This document shows, in pieces, positions 18,855 through 28,571 of a stretch of 64,000 nt of DNA (position 1 is its first letter; each line of letters begins with the position of its first letter). Below the pieces are notes generated by a model. That model saw only the letters and a program-made list of their open reading frames with translations, searched no databases and was not told the DNA's origin. A program made the position numbers and the translations under genes. The stretch covers positions 416,001 through 480,000 of the forward strand of contig CAVUKA010000005.1 of NCBI GenBank assembly GCA_963741945.1, written 5' to 3'. The DNA comes from an uncultured Gemmatimonadales bacterium. GTDB lineage: Bacteria; Gemmatimonadota; Gemmatimonadetes; Longimicrobiales; RSA9.

Positions 18855-19267
18855 CAGAGCGCGCCGAGCTGCGTCATGAGCGACACCAGGTCCGCCACGC
18901 CCCGCTCCTCCACGATCCGCCCGTGCTCCGCCCGGTACAGCGTCACGCCCCGCACGCTCACGCGGGCGCCCGCGGCCGCGACCCCGAACAGATCACCCTG
19001 AGTGTGTGTGCCGCCGTACGTCCACTCCACGGCTGCCCGGTGCCCGTCCACCAGCACCGTCCGTGTCGTGGTCACCAGGTCGGGGAAATGACGGAACGTC
19101 TGCTCCAGCGCCGCCCGGAAGGTGTCGACGCCACGGATCGGGCGGTCGAAATGGGCGTAGTCCACCACGATGTCCGGGTCCGCCAGCTCATCCAGCAGGT
19201 GCAGGTTGCCGGCGCTCCAGACCTGGATGAACTCACGGGCCAGGAGGTCCATGGCCGACTCGGTCAT
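18854..19267 (-). CDS. SnoaL-like ester cyclase / NTF2-family protein
   Basis: FPDL, WTYGGTHTQGDLFGVAA, GRIVEER; ATGA-coupled to the dapB-like gene. Confidence 0.85.
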   Translation of the reverse strand: MTESAMDLLAREFIQVWSAGNLHLLDELADPDIVVDYAHFDRPIRGVDTFRAALEQTFRHFPDLVTTTRTVLVDGHRAAVEWTYGGTHTQGDLFGVAAAGARVSVRGVTLYRAEHGRIVEERGVADLVSLMTQLGAL

Positions 19268-20076
19268 TCCGCTCCCCCGCCCAGCGAGAGCACCTGATCG
19301 AGCCCGCGCCTCAGACCGGCCTGCTCCGCCACGTGTCTCGCCGCCACCAGCGTCCCTTCCACGTACGGCGCCGCGCTGCTTCCGCCGTCGAACCGGAGCG
19401 ACAGACGCTCGCCCTCCGCGCCGAAGATCACTTCCGCGCCGATCACGATCCCGGGGACCCGCACCGAGTGCACCTGAATCCCCCCCATCGTTGCGCCCCG
19501 GCACGCTCGCTCGCCCTCCGTTGCCTCCACCGGTACCGCCACTTCGGGGCGGGCGACGCGGGAAATGCGGCTCACCAGCTCCCGGACCGTTCCGCTCGGG
19601 GCGTCAGGCTTGCGGGCATCCGCGTAGTCGAGGATCTCCCACGCGGGCAGCACCGCCGCCGCCATTTCCGCGAAGCGCTGGAGGAGAACGGCCGTGATGG
19701 CGAAGTTCCCGGCAGCCAGGACGCCCACACCGGCCGCGCTCGCGGCCGCGTCGATCTCGGCATAATCCTCCTCCGTCAGCCCGGACGTGCCGATGACCAC
19801 GTGCACGCCGCGCTCGATGGCGGTGAGCGTGTGAGCTTTCGCACTGGAGGGTGAGGTGTAGTCGATCAGCACGTCGGCACCCCCGTCGAGCGCTTCCGCT
19901 ACCGTCCCCCGGATGAGGAGGTCGGTCGTGCACCCGGGCACTGCCTCCCCCAGCGGCCGCCCCGCCGCCGAGCGCGACACGGCCCCGGACAGCTCCAGGT
20001 CAGGCGCCGCTTCCACCGCCGGCGTGAGGCTCCGCCCCACCCATCCAGTCGCTCCCGCCACACAGATCCGGATCAC
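19264..20076 (-). CDS. dapB: 4-hydroxy-tetrahydrodipicolinate reductase-like oxidoreductase
   Basis: GATGWVG Rossmann motif, DVLIDYT, VIGTSG, AGNFAI, KPDAPSGT, HSVR; the catalytic HH is replaced (see findings). Confidence 0.78.
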   Translation of the reverse strand: MIRICVAGATGWVGRSLTPAVEAAPDLELSGAVSRSAAGRPLGEAVPGCTTDLLIRGTVAEALDGGADVLIDYTSPSSAKAHTLTAIERGVHVVIGTSGLTEEDYAEIDAAASAAGVGVLAAGNFAITAVLLQRFAEMAAAVLPAWEILDYADARKPDAPSGTVRELVSRISRVARPEVAVPVEATEGERACRGATMGGIQVHSVRVPGIVIGAEVIFGAEGERLSLRFDGGSSAAPYVEGTLVAARHVAEQAGLRRGLDQVLSLGGGAE

Positions 20077-20095
20077 CCTCTCGCCTCCCCCGCGT

Positions 20096-20674
20096 TCATT
20101 GACCGTGTCCATCCATTCCGCTGTCGGCGGCACCCGGGGAACCGCCGCCCCGGCGCACCGCCGCAATGTGCCCCACGTGGTGTCTGCCGTGCCATGCGTA
20201 CAGCTGGAGCAGGAAATCCAGTGTGATCCGCCCCGACTCCGGGTGCATCACGGTTCGCTGGAAGTCCGCTGGAGACAGCGATCGGAGCAGCCGCGCCCAG
20301 CGCGTGTGCAGCCCGTCCAGGATCGCCAGCGAGGCGTCCACGCCGCCGCGGGTGGCGTCGGGCAGCTCCGCCCACGCCGCCTCCTCGAACGTCTTGATGG
20401 TCGGCTCATCCTCGGTGAGCGCCAGCTTGAATCGGATGAACGCATTCAGGTGGCTGTCCGGCAGATGATGCACCACCTGACGCCCCGTCCACCCGCCCGG
20501 CCGGTACGGCGAGTCCAGCTCGGTCCCGGACAATCCGGCAACCGCCTGCCTCACCATCGATGGCAGCGCCGCGATCGCTTCGATGAGCGCGTCCCGCTCA
20601 CCCTGGGAGAGCGTATCGCGCGGGCGGAAACGCCCGCTCGGGTAGCGCAGCCGCTCCAGCTCCTGCTCCGTCAT
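20096..20674 (-). CDS. bstA: YfiT/BstA-like thiol S-transferase (DinB superfamily)
   Basis: LRYPSG, YRPGGWTGRQVVHHLPDSHLNAFIRFKLALTED, YAWHGRHH. Confidence 0.88.
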   Translation of the reverse strand: MTEQELERLRYPSGRFRPRDTLSQGERDALIEAIAALPSMVRQAVAGLSGTELDSPYRPGGWTGRQVVHHLPDSHLNAFIRFKLALTEDEPTIKTFEEAAWAELPDATRGGVDASLAILDGLHTRWARLLRSLSPADFQRTVMHPESGRITLDFLLQLYAWHGRHHVGHIAAVRRGGGSPGAADSGMDGHGQ

Positions 20675-20704
20675 CTCCGCCAAGCTCGCCTCGTCGTTTG
20701 GGAG

Positions 20705-21250
20705 TCAGCTCCGGTTCCGCCAGGCCGCCCTCGGATGCCCGTCCGGCCCCATCTCGTACAGCCCCAGCCCCTCCCCCGCGCGCGCCTTGGCGATCCACAG
20801 GATCTGCCCCGTATGCATGGAGAAGTGCTCCACCGCGTGGCAGATTGCCTTCAGCACGGTCGTTTCATGCCCCTGGATCCGGATCTCCTCGCCCAGCCGC
20901 GCCGGATCCAGCTCCGCCAGCACCGCCGCGGCATCGGTCACGGCCGCCTCGAGCCGCTCCAGCAATGCGGCCCCGCCCTGACCCTCCGCCGCATCGAACT
21001 CCGCCTGGCGATGGCGCGCGTCGGGCGCGCCGCCAACCCCGCTCACGATCCACTGCCGGATGTTCCCGGCCAGGTGGAGGAGCAGGTTGCCCACGCTGTT
21101 CGACGCCTCGTTCGGCCGCCACCAGAGGTCCTCCTCCGGCATCCGTTCCAGCGCCCGGCGGATCTTGGGCACGTAGTCCTCGCGCAGCAGGCGACGCGAC
21201 TCGGCCACGATTGCCGTCCCCGCATCGAATCCGGTACCGGCATTCACCAT
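20705..21250 (-). CDS. DinB/DUF1572 family protein
   Basis: LWWRPNEASNSVGNLLLHLAGNIRQWI, HAVEHFSMHTGQI. Confidence 0.88.
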   Translation of the reverse strand: MVNAGTGFDAGTAIVAESRRLLREDYVPKIRRALERMPEEDLWWRPNEASNSVGNLLLHLAGNIRQWIVSGVGGAPDARHRQAEFDAAEGQGGAALLERLEAAVTDAAAVLAELDPARLGEEIRIQGHETTVLKAICHAVEHFSMHTGQILWIAKARAGEGLGLYEMGPDGHPRAAWRNRS

Positions 21251-21272
21251 CAGGCTCCTCGTTCCACGGTGG

Positions 21273-21701
21273 CTACAGCGCCTTGCCCAGTCCTCGCAGG
21301 ATACGGTTCGCCACTTCGCGATCGTGCTGCACCAGCTGGTTGGCGTACTCGTAGACGAAATCCCGCAGCCCGGGGTGGCGCACGCCCACTTCGGCCGGAC
21401 TCATCAGCGTCAGGTCGCCATCCGCGATCTGGCGCAGCAGCGCCCACGGCTTCTCGTATTCGGTGCCCGGCCCCTCGATGGAGAACGTGTGCAGCGCCAC
21501 GCGCAGCGCGAGCATGAACGCGTCCAGCGCCGCCCGGTCCGCCACGGCTTCCGGCCCCGTCGGTATGGCCTTCCCGGGCGGAGCGGTGCCCGATTCCTGC
21601 TCGTTCGCCCCGGTCCCCGGCTCCCGCTCGGGACCGAGATCCTCCTGCCAGCTGCGGCGGTCGGCCTCACCGCCGCCCGCACCCTGCGAGCTGTCGTTCA
21701 T
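21273..21701 (-). CDS. Hypothetical protein
   Basis: ATGA-coupled to the ADH gene; disordered N-terminus, helical C-terminal domain. Confidence 0.7.
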   Translation of the reverse strand: MNDSSQGAGGGEADRRSWQEDLGPEREPGTGANEQESGTAPPGKAIPTGPEAVADRAALDAFMLALRVALHTFSIEGPGTEYEKPWALLRQIADGDLTLMSPAEVGVRHPGLRDFVYEYANQLVQHDREVANRILRGLGKAL

Positions 21702-22717
21702 GGCTTCAGCACGATCCTCCCCAGAACGGCTCCATCGCGCACGGCGTCGAGAGCCTCCTGGAAACGGTTCAGTGGAAGGGTCCGGTCCACCAGCGTTTTC
21801 ACCTTCCCCTCAGACACCAGCCGCACGGCCTCCTCCAGCTCCGCCAGCGTGTTCCCCACGCTGCCCATGACGCGCGTTTCGCCGATCACCAGCCCGATCG
21901 GGTGCGTCTGGAGCGTGTCGAACGAGTACCCGATGAACACCAGGGCGCCTCGCTTCGCCAGCATGCCCACCGCCACGGGCATGGTCTCCTTCGTCGCCAC
22001 CAGCTCGAACACGACGTCGGCTCCACGCCCCCCCGTCAGCTCGCGCACGGCCGCGGCCACGTCGTCCGTCTCGTCTGCATTGACCACGTGGTCGGCGCCC
22101 AGCATGCGGGCCCGCTCCAGCTTCACGGGCGTCCGCCCGATCCCCACCACGGTGGCGCCCCGGAGCTTCGCGACCTGCACCAGCCCGTACCCGACCGCAC
22201 CAATGCCGTACACCACCACCACGTCGCCCTGTCCCACTTCGGCCAGGTTGCACGCGTGGATGGCCGTGGTGACTCCGCAGCCGATCGGCGCCGCGGCCTC
22301 CGGGGAGAGCGAGTCCGGCAGCCTGACGGCGTTCCCGGCCGGGACCACGATCGCTTCCGCGTAGCCCCCGTCGTTGAAGAAGCCGTACTCCGCCTTCAGC
22401 TGACCGCAGAGATTCTCATCGCCCCGCCGGCACCACTCGCACTCCCCGCAGCCGGCGTAGTAGTAGACGAGCACCCGATCGCCTTCGGACCGGTCCGTTA
22501 CGCCCGGTCCCACGGCGTCGATCACGCCGGCGATCTCGTGCCCCATGGTCAGCGGCTGCACGCCCAGGTTCAGCAAGCCCGACTGGAAGTGCAGCTCCGT
22601 GTGGCACACGCCCGCCGCCTCGATCCGCACCCGCACGTCTCCCTCGCCGGGCTCCGGCCGCGCTACCTCCTCCAGGCGGAACGGCTGCTCCGGGCCGTGA
22701 TAGCGGACCGCCCTCAC
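21698..22717 (-). CDS. Zinc-binding alcohol dehydrogenase (MDR family)
   Basis: GVCHTE, GHE, CGECEWC...C structural Zn site, GIGAVG; GTG start overlaps the FKBP stop. Confidence 0.93.
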   Translation of the reverse strand: MRAVRYHGPEQPFRLEEVARPEPGEGDVRVRIEAAGVCHTELHFQSGLLNLGVQPLTMGHEIAGVIDAVGPGVTDRSEGDRVLVYYYAGCGECEWCRRGDENLCGQLKAEYGFFNDGGYAEAIVVPAGNAVRLPDSLSPEAAAPIGCGVTTAIHACNLAEVGQGDVVVVYGIGAVGYGLVQVAKLRGATVVGIGRTPVKLERARMLGADHVVNADETDDVAAAVRELTGGRGADVVFELVATKETMPVAVGMLAKRGALVFIGYSFDTLQTHPIGLVIGETRVMGSVGNTLAELEEAVRLVSEGKVKTLVDRTLPLNRFQEALDAVRDGAVLGRIVLKP

Positions 22718-23337
22718 CGCGAGCCCCCCACCCCGCCGCCGGACCCCGCGCCGGGCTCCTCGCCCGCTTCGCTCGCCGTCGCGTTCGCGCTGTCCACCGG
22801 CTCCGGGGTGCGGTTCTGGACGCCCAGCAGCTCGACATCGAACACCAGCGTCGACATTGCCGGAATGACGCCGTTGGCGGCCGGCCGTGTTCCATACGCC
22901 AGACCCGGCGGGATCACCAGGCGACGCTCGCCGCCCACCTTCATGCCGACCACGCCCTGATCCCACCCCTTGATGACCTGGCCGTAGCCCAGCGCGAACT
23001 GGAACGGCTCGTCACGATCACGGCTCGAGTCGAACTTCTTCCCCGACGGCAGCCATCCCGTGTACTGCACCGTGACAATGTCGCCCGAGTCCGCACGGGC
23101 GCCGGTGCCCTCCCGCACTTCCTGCACGTATAGCCCGCTCGGCCGGTGCTCCATGGCGGATAGATCCACGTTCAGCGAGTCGGCGTAGTTGCGCGCCGCG
23201 CGCAACGTGGGGTCGCGGTTCTCCTGCGCCGTGTCACCGCCGCTGCAGGCGACGAGGCCGGTCACCACCAGTGCGGCGAGCGAGAGCGGGACCGCCCCCC
23301 GGGCGGCCAGGGTCGAAAGTCTCATGGTCCGTTCCAT
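22714..23337 (-). CDS. FKBP-type peptidyl-prolyl isomerase, lipoprotein
   Basis: Lipobox LVAC; YTGWL..GKKFDSS, VIKGWDQG, IPPGLAYG, LVFDVEL; start may be 23325. Confidence 0.95.
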   Translation of the reverse strand: MERTMRLSTLAARGAVPLSLAALVVTGLVACSGGDTAQENRDPTLRAARNYADSLNVDLSAMEHRPSGLYVQEVREGTGARADSGDIVTVQYTGWLPSGKKFDSSRDRDEPFQFALGYGQVIKGWDQGVVGMKVGGERRLVIPPGLAYGTRPAANGVIPAMSTLVFDVELLGVQNRTPEPVDSANATASEAGEEPGAGSGGGVGGSR

Positions 23338-23449
23338 TCGAAGAGGGAGCGCCGATGGCGGATGGTAGGATGCCGCGGCCAGGATGCCAAGCGGGCGCCG
23401 GCACCGCCGACGCCCGCGCCCTTCCCCATACTTCCCCGTCGGGCGGCGG

Positions 23450-24178
23450 CTAGTCCAGGGAATACTCGATCGTGGAGACCACGCGCACCGTCTTGTTCAG
23501 CTGGTCCGCTTCATTGATCCCGGGCGCCTGGTCCCGCGGCAGGATCTGGAACACGCCCTGGTTCGCCGTGCGGATCCCGCCGACTTCGCTTCCCGAATCC
23601 TTGGCGAACTGCGCCGCCGCCTCCCGCGCGCTCGCCGTGGCCTCCGCGATCATCGAGGGCTTGAGATCGTTCAACCGTGTGAACAGGAACGTGGGCTTCA
23701 CGGGGCCCCAGCCGGTGCCGCTCCGGAGCAGCACGCCCGCGTCCACGAGCTCGCCCACACGCTGGCTGGCGGCGTGCACCGCCGCGACGTCCTCCGAGCG
23801 CACGACCATCAGCTGCTGGATCGTGTACCGCATGCCCCGCTGATTCGGGTCCCCGTACGGCACCGCCAGCCGGTCGGTCACTTCCACGCCCTGCAGCTCC
23901 ACGTTCGTGGTGTCGATCCCGTGCGACGCCAGGAACGCCAGGACCGCCCGTGTGCTCCGCTGGACCTGCGACTGCGCTTCCGCCAGCGCGTCGCTCGCGG
24001 CCACGACCTGGAACGGCCACAATGCCAGGTCAGCCTCGACGTCCCGCTCCGCCAGACCCTTCACGGTCACGTACCGATCGCGCCGGCTCTCCAGCACCCC
24101 GTGGCCCGCCGCCCAGCCCGCGAACCCGATCCCCACCGCCAGCACAAGGGCCGCCATGACCCACCGGTTCCCGTTCAT
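23450..24178 (-). CDS. SIMPL domain (DUF541) protein
   Basis: VTVKGLAERDVEADLALW, LNDLKPSMIAEAT, IRTANQGVFQI, KTVRVVSTIEY. Confidence 0.88.
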   Translation of the reverse strand: MNGNRWVMAALVLAVGIGFAGWAAGHGVLESRRDRYVTVKGLAERDVEADLALWPFQVVAASDALAEAQSQVQRSTRAVLAFLASHGIDTTNVELQGVEVTDRLAVPYGDPNQRGMRYTIQQLMVVRSEDVAAVHAASQRVGELVDAGVLLRSGTGWGPVKPTFLFTRLNDLKPSMIAEATASAREAAAQFAKDSGSEVGGIRTANQGVFQILPRDQAPGINEADQLNKTVRVVSTIEYSLD

Positions 24179-24271
24179 GCGCTCCGCTCTCCCTCTGCGC
24201 CCGTACGCCGGGTTGGCCCTCGCGGCCACCTCCGGTCACCGGCTCTGCATCCGTCTACCAGCCGCCCATCC

Positions 24272-25072
24272 CTACAGTTCCGACCGAGACCGCCCCGCGT
24301 TCGCACGGACTGCCGCCGCCACATACGCGCTCAGCCCCTTCGCACGCTCCTCGTAATGCGCCGCGAAGCGCGCGTCCGTCTCGTACATCGCGGCCAGCTC
24401 CGCGTGCATCCCCGGGGCGCACGGATAGAACCACCGGTCGATGTGGAGGCGCGCCCGCTCCGCAGCGGCCATGGCCGCTTCCCCGCCCGGCGGCTCCCCC
24501 GCGGCCATGAGACGCGCCATATCCGCCTCGATCGCCGATGACTCGGACTTCAGCAGCTCCCAGTCCGCTCTCGTGTACCCCCGCGCCCGCCGCATCGACT
24601 CACGATACGACGACGTCTCTCCCCAGCGCTCCCGGACTTCGCCGCCGTGTCTCGCCTGCTCCGCGCGGACCTCCTCCGGTGCATCCAGCGACTCGAATCC
24701 CTCGAACATGTCTTCCACCTCCAGCCTCTCGCCTCGATCCATGGCTTCCAATGCGCGGTCCACTGCGCGGATCATTGCTTCCGCGCGCTCCGCCCTCTCC
24801 CCCAGCAGCTCCCGCTGCGCCGACAGCGCGGCCCGACGATCCGGCGCGGGACCGTCCATCAGCCCGCTGATCGCCTCCAACGACAGACCGAGCTCCCGAT
24901 ACAGAAGCACCTGGTGCAGCCGCTCGAGATCCCCTGGCGCGTAGAGCCGATACCCGGACGCCGTCCGCCCCGACGGCGTCAGCAGCCCGATCGCGTGATA
25001 GTGATGGAGCGTCCTCACGGTCACGTTCGCAAGCGCCGCCACTTCCCCCACCGTCCATTCCTTGCCCACCAT
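24272..25072 (-). CDS. tipA: MerR family regulator with TipAS antibiotic-recognition domain
   Basis: WTVGEVAALANVTVRTLHHYHAIGLL..GYRLY (MerR HTH); C-terminal ERWG..SYRES, HIDRWFYPC, MYETDARF. Confidence 0.88.
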   Translation of the reverse strand: MVGKEWTVGEVAALANVTVRTLHHYHAIGLLTPSGRTASGYRLYAPGDLERLHQVLLYRELGLSLEAISGLMDGPAPDRRAALSAQRELLGERAERAEAMIRAVDRALEAMDRGERLEVEDMFEGFESLDAPEEVRAEQARHGGEVRERWGETSSYRESMRRARGYTRADWELLKSESSAIEADMARLMAAGEPPGGEAAMAAAERARLHIDRWFYPCAPGMHAELAAMYETDARFAAHYEERAKGLSAYVAAAVRANAGRSRSEL

Positions 25073-25156
25073 GCCTCCTTTCGCCGAGCCGCCGGTTGCG
25101 GCCGGATCGCTCCCGTCGAGCGCACGACCGCTCCGCTGGCCGCCACCCTTCCGACC

Positions 25157-25187
25157 ACGGTAATCGCTGACGCTGCGTGAGGGTCAA
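25157..25187 (-). promoter_or_regulatory. MerR-type promoter of the tipA-like gene
   Basis: On the minus strand: TTGACC, 19-bp spacer containing dyad CTCACGCAGCGTCAG, then TACCGT. Confidence 0.82.
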
Positions 25188-26119
25188 GGCCCCCGCGATG
25201 CGGGGTCGAACACGGGCGATGCGGCCGCGCGCCGGAGCGCCCGTTCGGCGAGATCCGCCACGCGCAGCATGCCATAATCGTTCAGCCGCTCCACGCGGTC
25301 CTCCGTGGTGTGGTAGTCCGGGTGGAGCCCGGTGAAGAGGTGGATGGCCGGAATGCCGGCGTGATGGAAGGTGGCATGATCGGAGTCGTCGTCCATGGGC
25401 TCGAAGCGGAGGTCGAGATCGACGCCTTCGTTGGCGTCCAGGAGGATCGCCTCCCAGGCCGGATGGGTGGACGCTCCGATGACCGTGAGGCGTCCGCGTC
25501 GCAGGCGTCCCACCATGTCGAGGTTGATCATGGCCACGGCGGAGTCCAGGGGGAGCGGCGCCCCGGCGATGAACTTCGCGGAGCCCAGCAGGCCCAGCTC
25601 CTCGGCGTCGAAAGCCACGAAGACGATCGTTCGAGCGGCAGGCCGCCGCGCCACGCGCCGGGCCAGCTCCAGCAGCGTGGCCACACCGGATGCGTTGTCG
25701 TCCGCCCCGGGCCGGATGCCCGTCCGAGCGGGATCGCGGGACAGCGGGGCCAGTCGGCCGATGTGGTCGTAGTGCGCGCCCACCACCACGTACTGCCCCC
25801 GCAGGCGGGCGTCCGATCCTCGCGCTATTCCGGCCACGTTGACGCCCTCGCCGTTCATGAGCACGCCGTGAACGTCGAACGGCTGCCGGATCACCGGGTC
25901 GAGCCCAGCTTCCCGGAACCGGCGGGCGATATAGCTCATCGCCTGGTCCCGCCCCGCCGACCCGAGCACCCGCCCATCACGGGCCGCATCGCCCAGATAG
26001 CCGACGTCCGCGGCCATGGCCGCAGCCACTGGCGGCGCTGGCGGCGGCGGGAGCGGCGGCTGGCATGCGACGAGGAACGCCAGCAGCGCCCCCGCGATGG
26101 GAGCGACCGGACGAATCAT
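25184..26119 (-). CDS. M28 family peptidase, lipoprotein
   Basis: LVAC lipobox; GAHYDH, GADDNASG, AEELG, NLDMVG, SDH, DYH. Confidence 0.92.
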   Translation of the reverse strand: MIRPVAPIAGALLAFLVACQPPLPPPPAPPVAAAMAADVGYLGDAARDGRVLGSAGRDQAMSYIARRFREAGLDPVIRQPFDVHGVLMNGEGVNVAGIARGSDARLRGQYVVVGAHYDHIGRLAPLSRDPARTGIRPGADDNASGVATLLELARRVARRPAARTIVFVAFDAEELGLLGSAKFIAGAPLPLDSAVAMINLDMVGRLRRGRLTVIGASTHPAWEAILLDANEGVDLDLRFEPMDDDSDHATFHHAGIPAIHLFTGLHPDYHTTEDRVERLNDYGMLRVADLAERALRRAAASPVFDPASRGP

Positions 26120-26281
26120 CCCCGCGGCGCGAACCGTGCCCGGCCGACCACATGCCTCACGCTGCCACTCTCGCACCTTGCCTCCCGTTCCGGGCCGCGG
26201 GTCGCGCGTTCCGCTCCCCCACCCCATAATATCGGCCACCCCGACCACGACACAGGCACACCCGGGTTTCAGGAGACACCA

Positions 26282-28351
26282 ATGCGCACCACGGCGCCGC
26301 TGCTGTCCTTACTCCTCCTTGCCACCGCCATTTCGACAGCGGACGCTCAGGCCGGCTCACCCGCTGCGGAACGGTTCACGGTCGACCGCGCCATCGACAT
26401 GACGCGAGTGGGAAACCCGGAGCTCAGCCCCGATGGCCGCCGCGTCCTGTTCACGAGGACCGAGCTGAACTGGGACGACAACGACCGGCTGACCCGCCTC
26501 TGGATCGCCAACGCCAATGGCAGCGACGCGCGCCCGTACACGGCCGAGAAGGGCGATGGCTCGCCGCAGTGGTCCCCCGACGGCCGCTGGATCGCGTTCG
26601 CCCGCTCCGCCGATGACGACGATGACGACGCCGGCAGTGGACGCCAGATCTGGCTCATCCGCACCGACGGCGGCGAGGCGAGGCAGCTCACGCACCACGC
26701 CACCAGCGTGCGCGCCTTCCAGTGGACGCCAGACGCCCGGCGGCTCGTTTTCATCGCTGCCGACAGTGTCCCGAAGAAGGAGAAGGACGAGCGGAAGGAC
26801 GGCTACGACGCCGTGATCGTGGACGAGGGGCCGAACGGCCAGAGCCGCGGCAGCTGGTCCAATCTCTGGTGGGTCCCCGCCGATTTCGACGACGCCGACG
26901 CCCGGCCGATCACCAGCGGCGAGCGCATCGTCGGCGACTTCGATGTCGACCCCGCCGGTGAGCGGGTGGCGTTCACCTTCCGCACCGAGGACCGACGCAA
27001 CGACGAGTTCCGCTCCGAGATCGCCGTGGTGGGGATGGATGGTGGAGAGATCCGCGAGCTCACGCACAACGAAGCGCCCGAGTCGGGACTCCGCTGGACG
27101 CCCGATGGCACGTCGCTGCTCTTCGTGGCGCCATCGCTCGAGACCTGGACCCTCGACCAGGGCAACCTCTACTTCATGGACCCGGCCACCGGGGACACCC
27201 GGCAGCTCCTGGCCGACTCCGACCTCGACATCCGCGTCGGCGGGTTCACGCGCGACGGCCGCTTCCTCGACTTCACCGCCACGGATGGCACCGTCACCAA
27301 CTTCTACCGCCTCGACCTCCGCCGAGGCGAGGTCCGGCCCATGAGCCAGTGGAGGGGCGTGGTGGGGAGCGCCAGCTGGTCCCGCGATCACGAACGCGTG
27401 GCGTTCACGTTCGAAACCCCCACCTCGCCACCGGAAGTCTACACGTCCGCGTTCAACCGGCGCATGGAGCGCACGGCCGTCACCGACGTGGGCGCCGACA
27501 TCCGCGAACTCGCGCTCGCGGAGCCCGAAGTCGTCCAGTGGACGAGCACGGATGGGCTGCCCGTCGAGGGAATCCTCTACCCCGCACTGGGAGACCGCTC
27601 CGCCCCCGGCGCCTTCGTGCTCCACATCCATGGCGGCCCCGCCGGCGGCTATACGCTCGGCTTCAACCCCGACGCCCAGATCCTGGCCGCCCATGGCTTT
27701 GCCGTGCTCGAGCCCAACGTCCGCGGCTCCACCGGCTATGGCGACGATCTCCTGCGCGGCAATGTCAACGACATCGGCGGCGGCGACTTTCAGGACCTCA
27801 TGAGCGGCGTCGACGCCATGATCGAGCGCGGCGTGGCCGACCCCGACTCCATGGCCGTCAAAGGATGGAGCTATGGCGGGATCCTCGGCGGCTGGACCAT
27901 CACCCAGACCGACCGGTTCAAGGCCGCTTCCCTCGGCGCCATGGTCGCCGACTGGCCGGGCGAGTTCGGCGTGGGCTTCAACTACGACGTCACTCGCTGG
28001 TATCTCGGCGGCGACCCGTGGTCGAACCGGGCCTTCTGGATCGAGCGCAGCGCGTTCTACCACGCCGACCAGATCCACACACCCACCATCCTCTTCCACG
28101 GCGATGAGGACTCCACCGACACGCCCGGTCAGTCCATGAACTTCCACGCCGCCCTCAGCCGCTTCGGCGTCCCGAACCGCCTCATCCGCTTCCCGCGCGA
28201 GCCCCACGGGTTCCGTGAGCCGCGTCATCAGCGCACTCGCATGGTCGAGGAGCTGCGCTGGTTCGAGCAGTACGTCCGCGGAAACCCCGACTGGCAGGCG
28301 CCGGAGCGCGCCGGAAAGGAAGACGCGAAAGCCGCGAACGCCGGAGCCTGA
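26282..28351 (+). CDS. S9 family (acylaminoacyl/prolyl oligo-) peptidase with TolB-like propeller
   Basis: Signal peptide; SPDG repeats; HGGP, GWSYGG nucleophile, HGDED, EPHG. Confidence 0.93.
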   Translation: MRTTAPLLSLLLLATAISTADAQAGSPAAERFTVDRAIDMTRVGNPELSPDGRRVLFTRTELNWDDNDRLTRLWIANANGSDARPYTAEKGDGSPQWSPDGRWIAFARSADDDDDDAGSGRQIWLIRTDGGEARQLTHHATSVRAFQWTPDARRLVFIAADSVPKKEKDERKDGYDAVIVDEGPNGQSRGSWSNLWWVPADFDDADARPITSGERIVGDFDVDPAGERVAFTFRTEDRRNDEFRSEIAVVGMDGGEIRELTHNEAPESGLRWTPDGTSLLFVAPSLETWTLDQGNLYFMDPATGDTRQLLADSDLDIRVGGFTRDGRFLDFTATDGTVTNFYRLDLRRGEVRPMSQWRGVVGSASWSRDHERVAFTFETPTSPPEVYTSAFNRRMERTAVTDVGADIRELALAEPEVVQWTSTDGLPVEGILYPALGDRSAPGAFVLHIHGGPAGGYTLGFNPDAQILAAHGFAVLEPNVRGSTGYGDDLLRGNVNDIGGGDFQDLMSGVDAMIERGVADPDSMAVKGWSYGGILGGWTITQTDRFKAASLGAMVADWPGEFGVGFNYDVTRWYLGGDPWSNRAFWIERSAFYHADQIHTPTILFHGDEDSTDTPGQSMNFHAALSRFGVPNRLIRFPREPHGFREPRHQRTRMVEELRWFEQYVRGNPDWQAPERAGKEDAKAANAGA

Positions 28352-28571
28352 TCACCGGAGCCGACCGGAGCCGGTCCGAGAGCCTGGATTGCGCACGAAG
28401 GCCATGAACGCGGCGCCGGAAGCGCTCTCCCGGCACGGCTCGTTCCCCGACTCGGAGCGAACGGCCGGGGGAGTTGCTGCTCCCCCGGCCGCTTCCGTTA
28501 CCCTCGATCGTTCCCGGCCCCACGACTTCGCGTGAGACCCGTTGCCCCTGACGGGGCCTCCTGCCTCTCGC

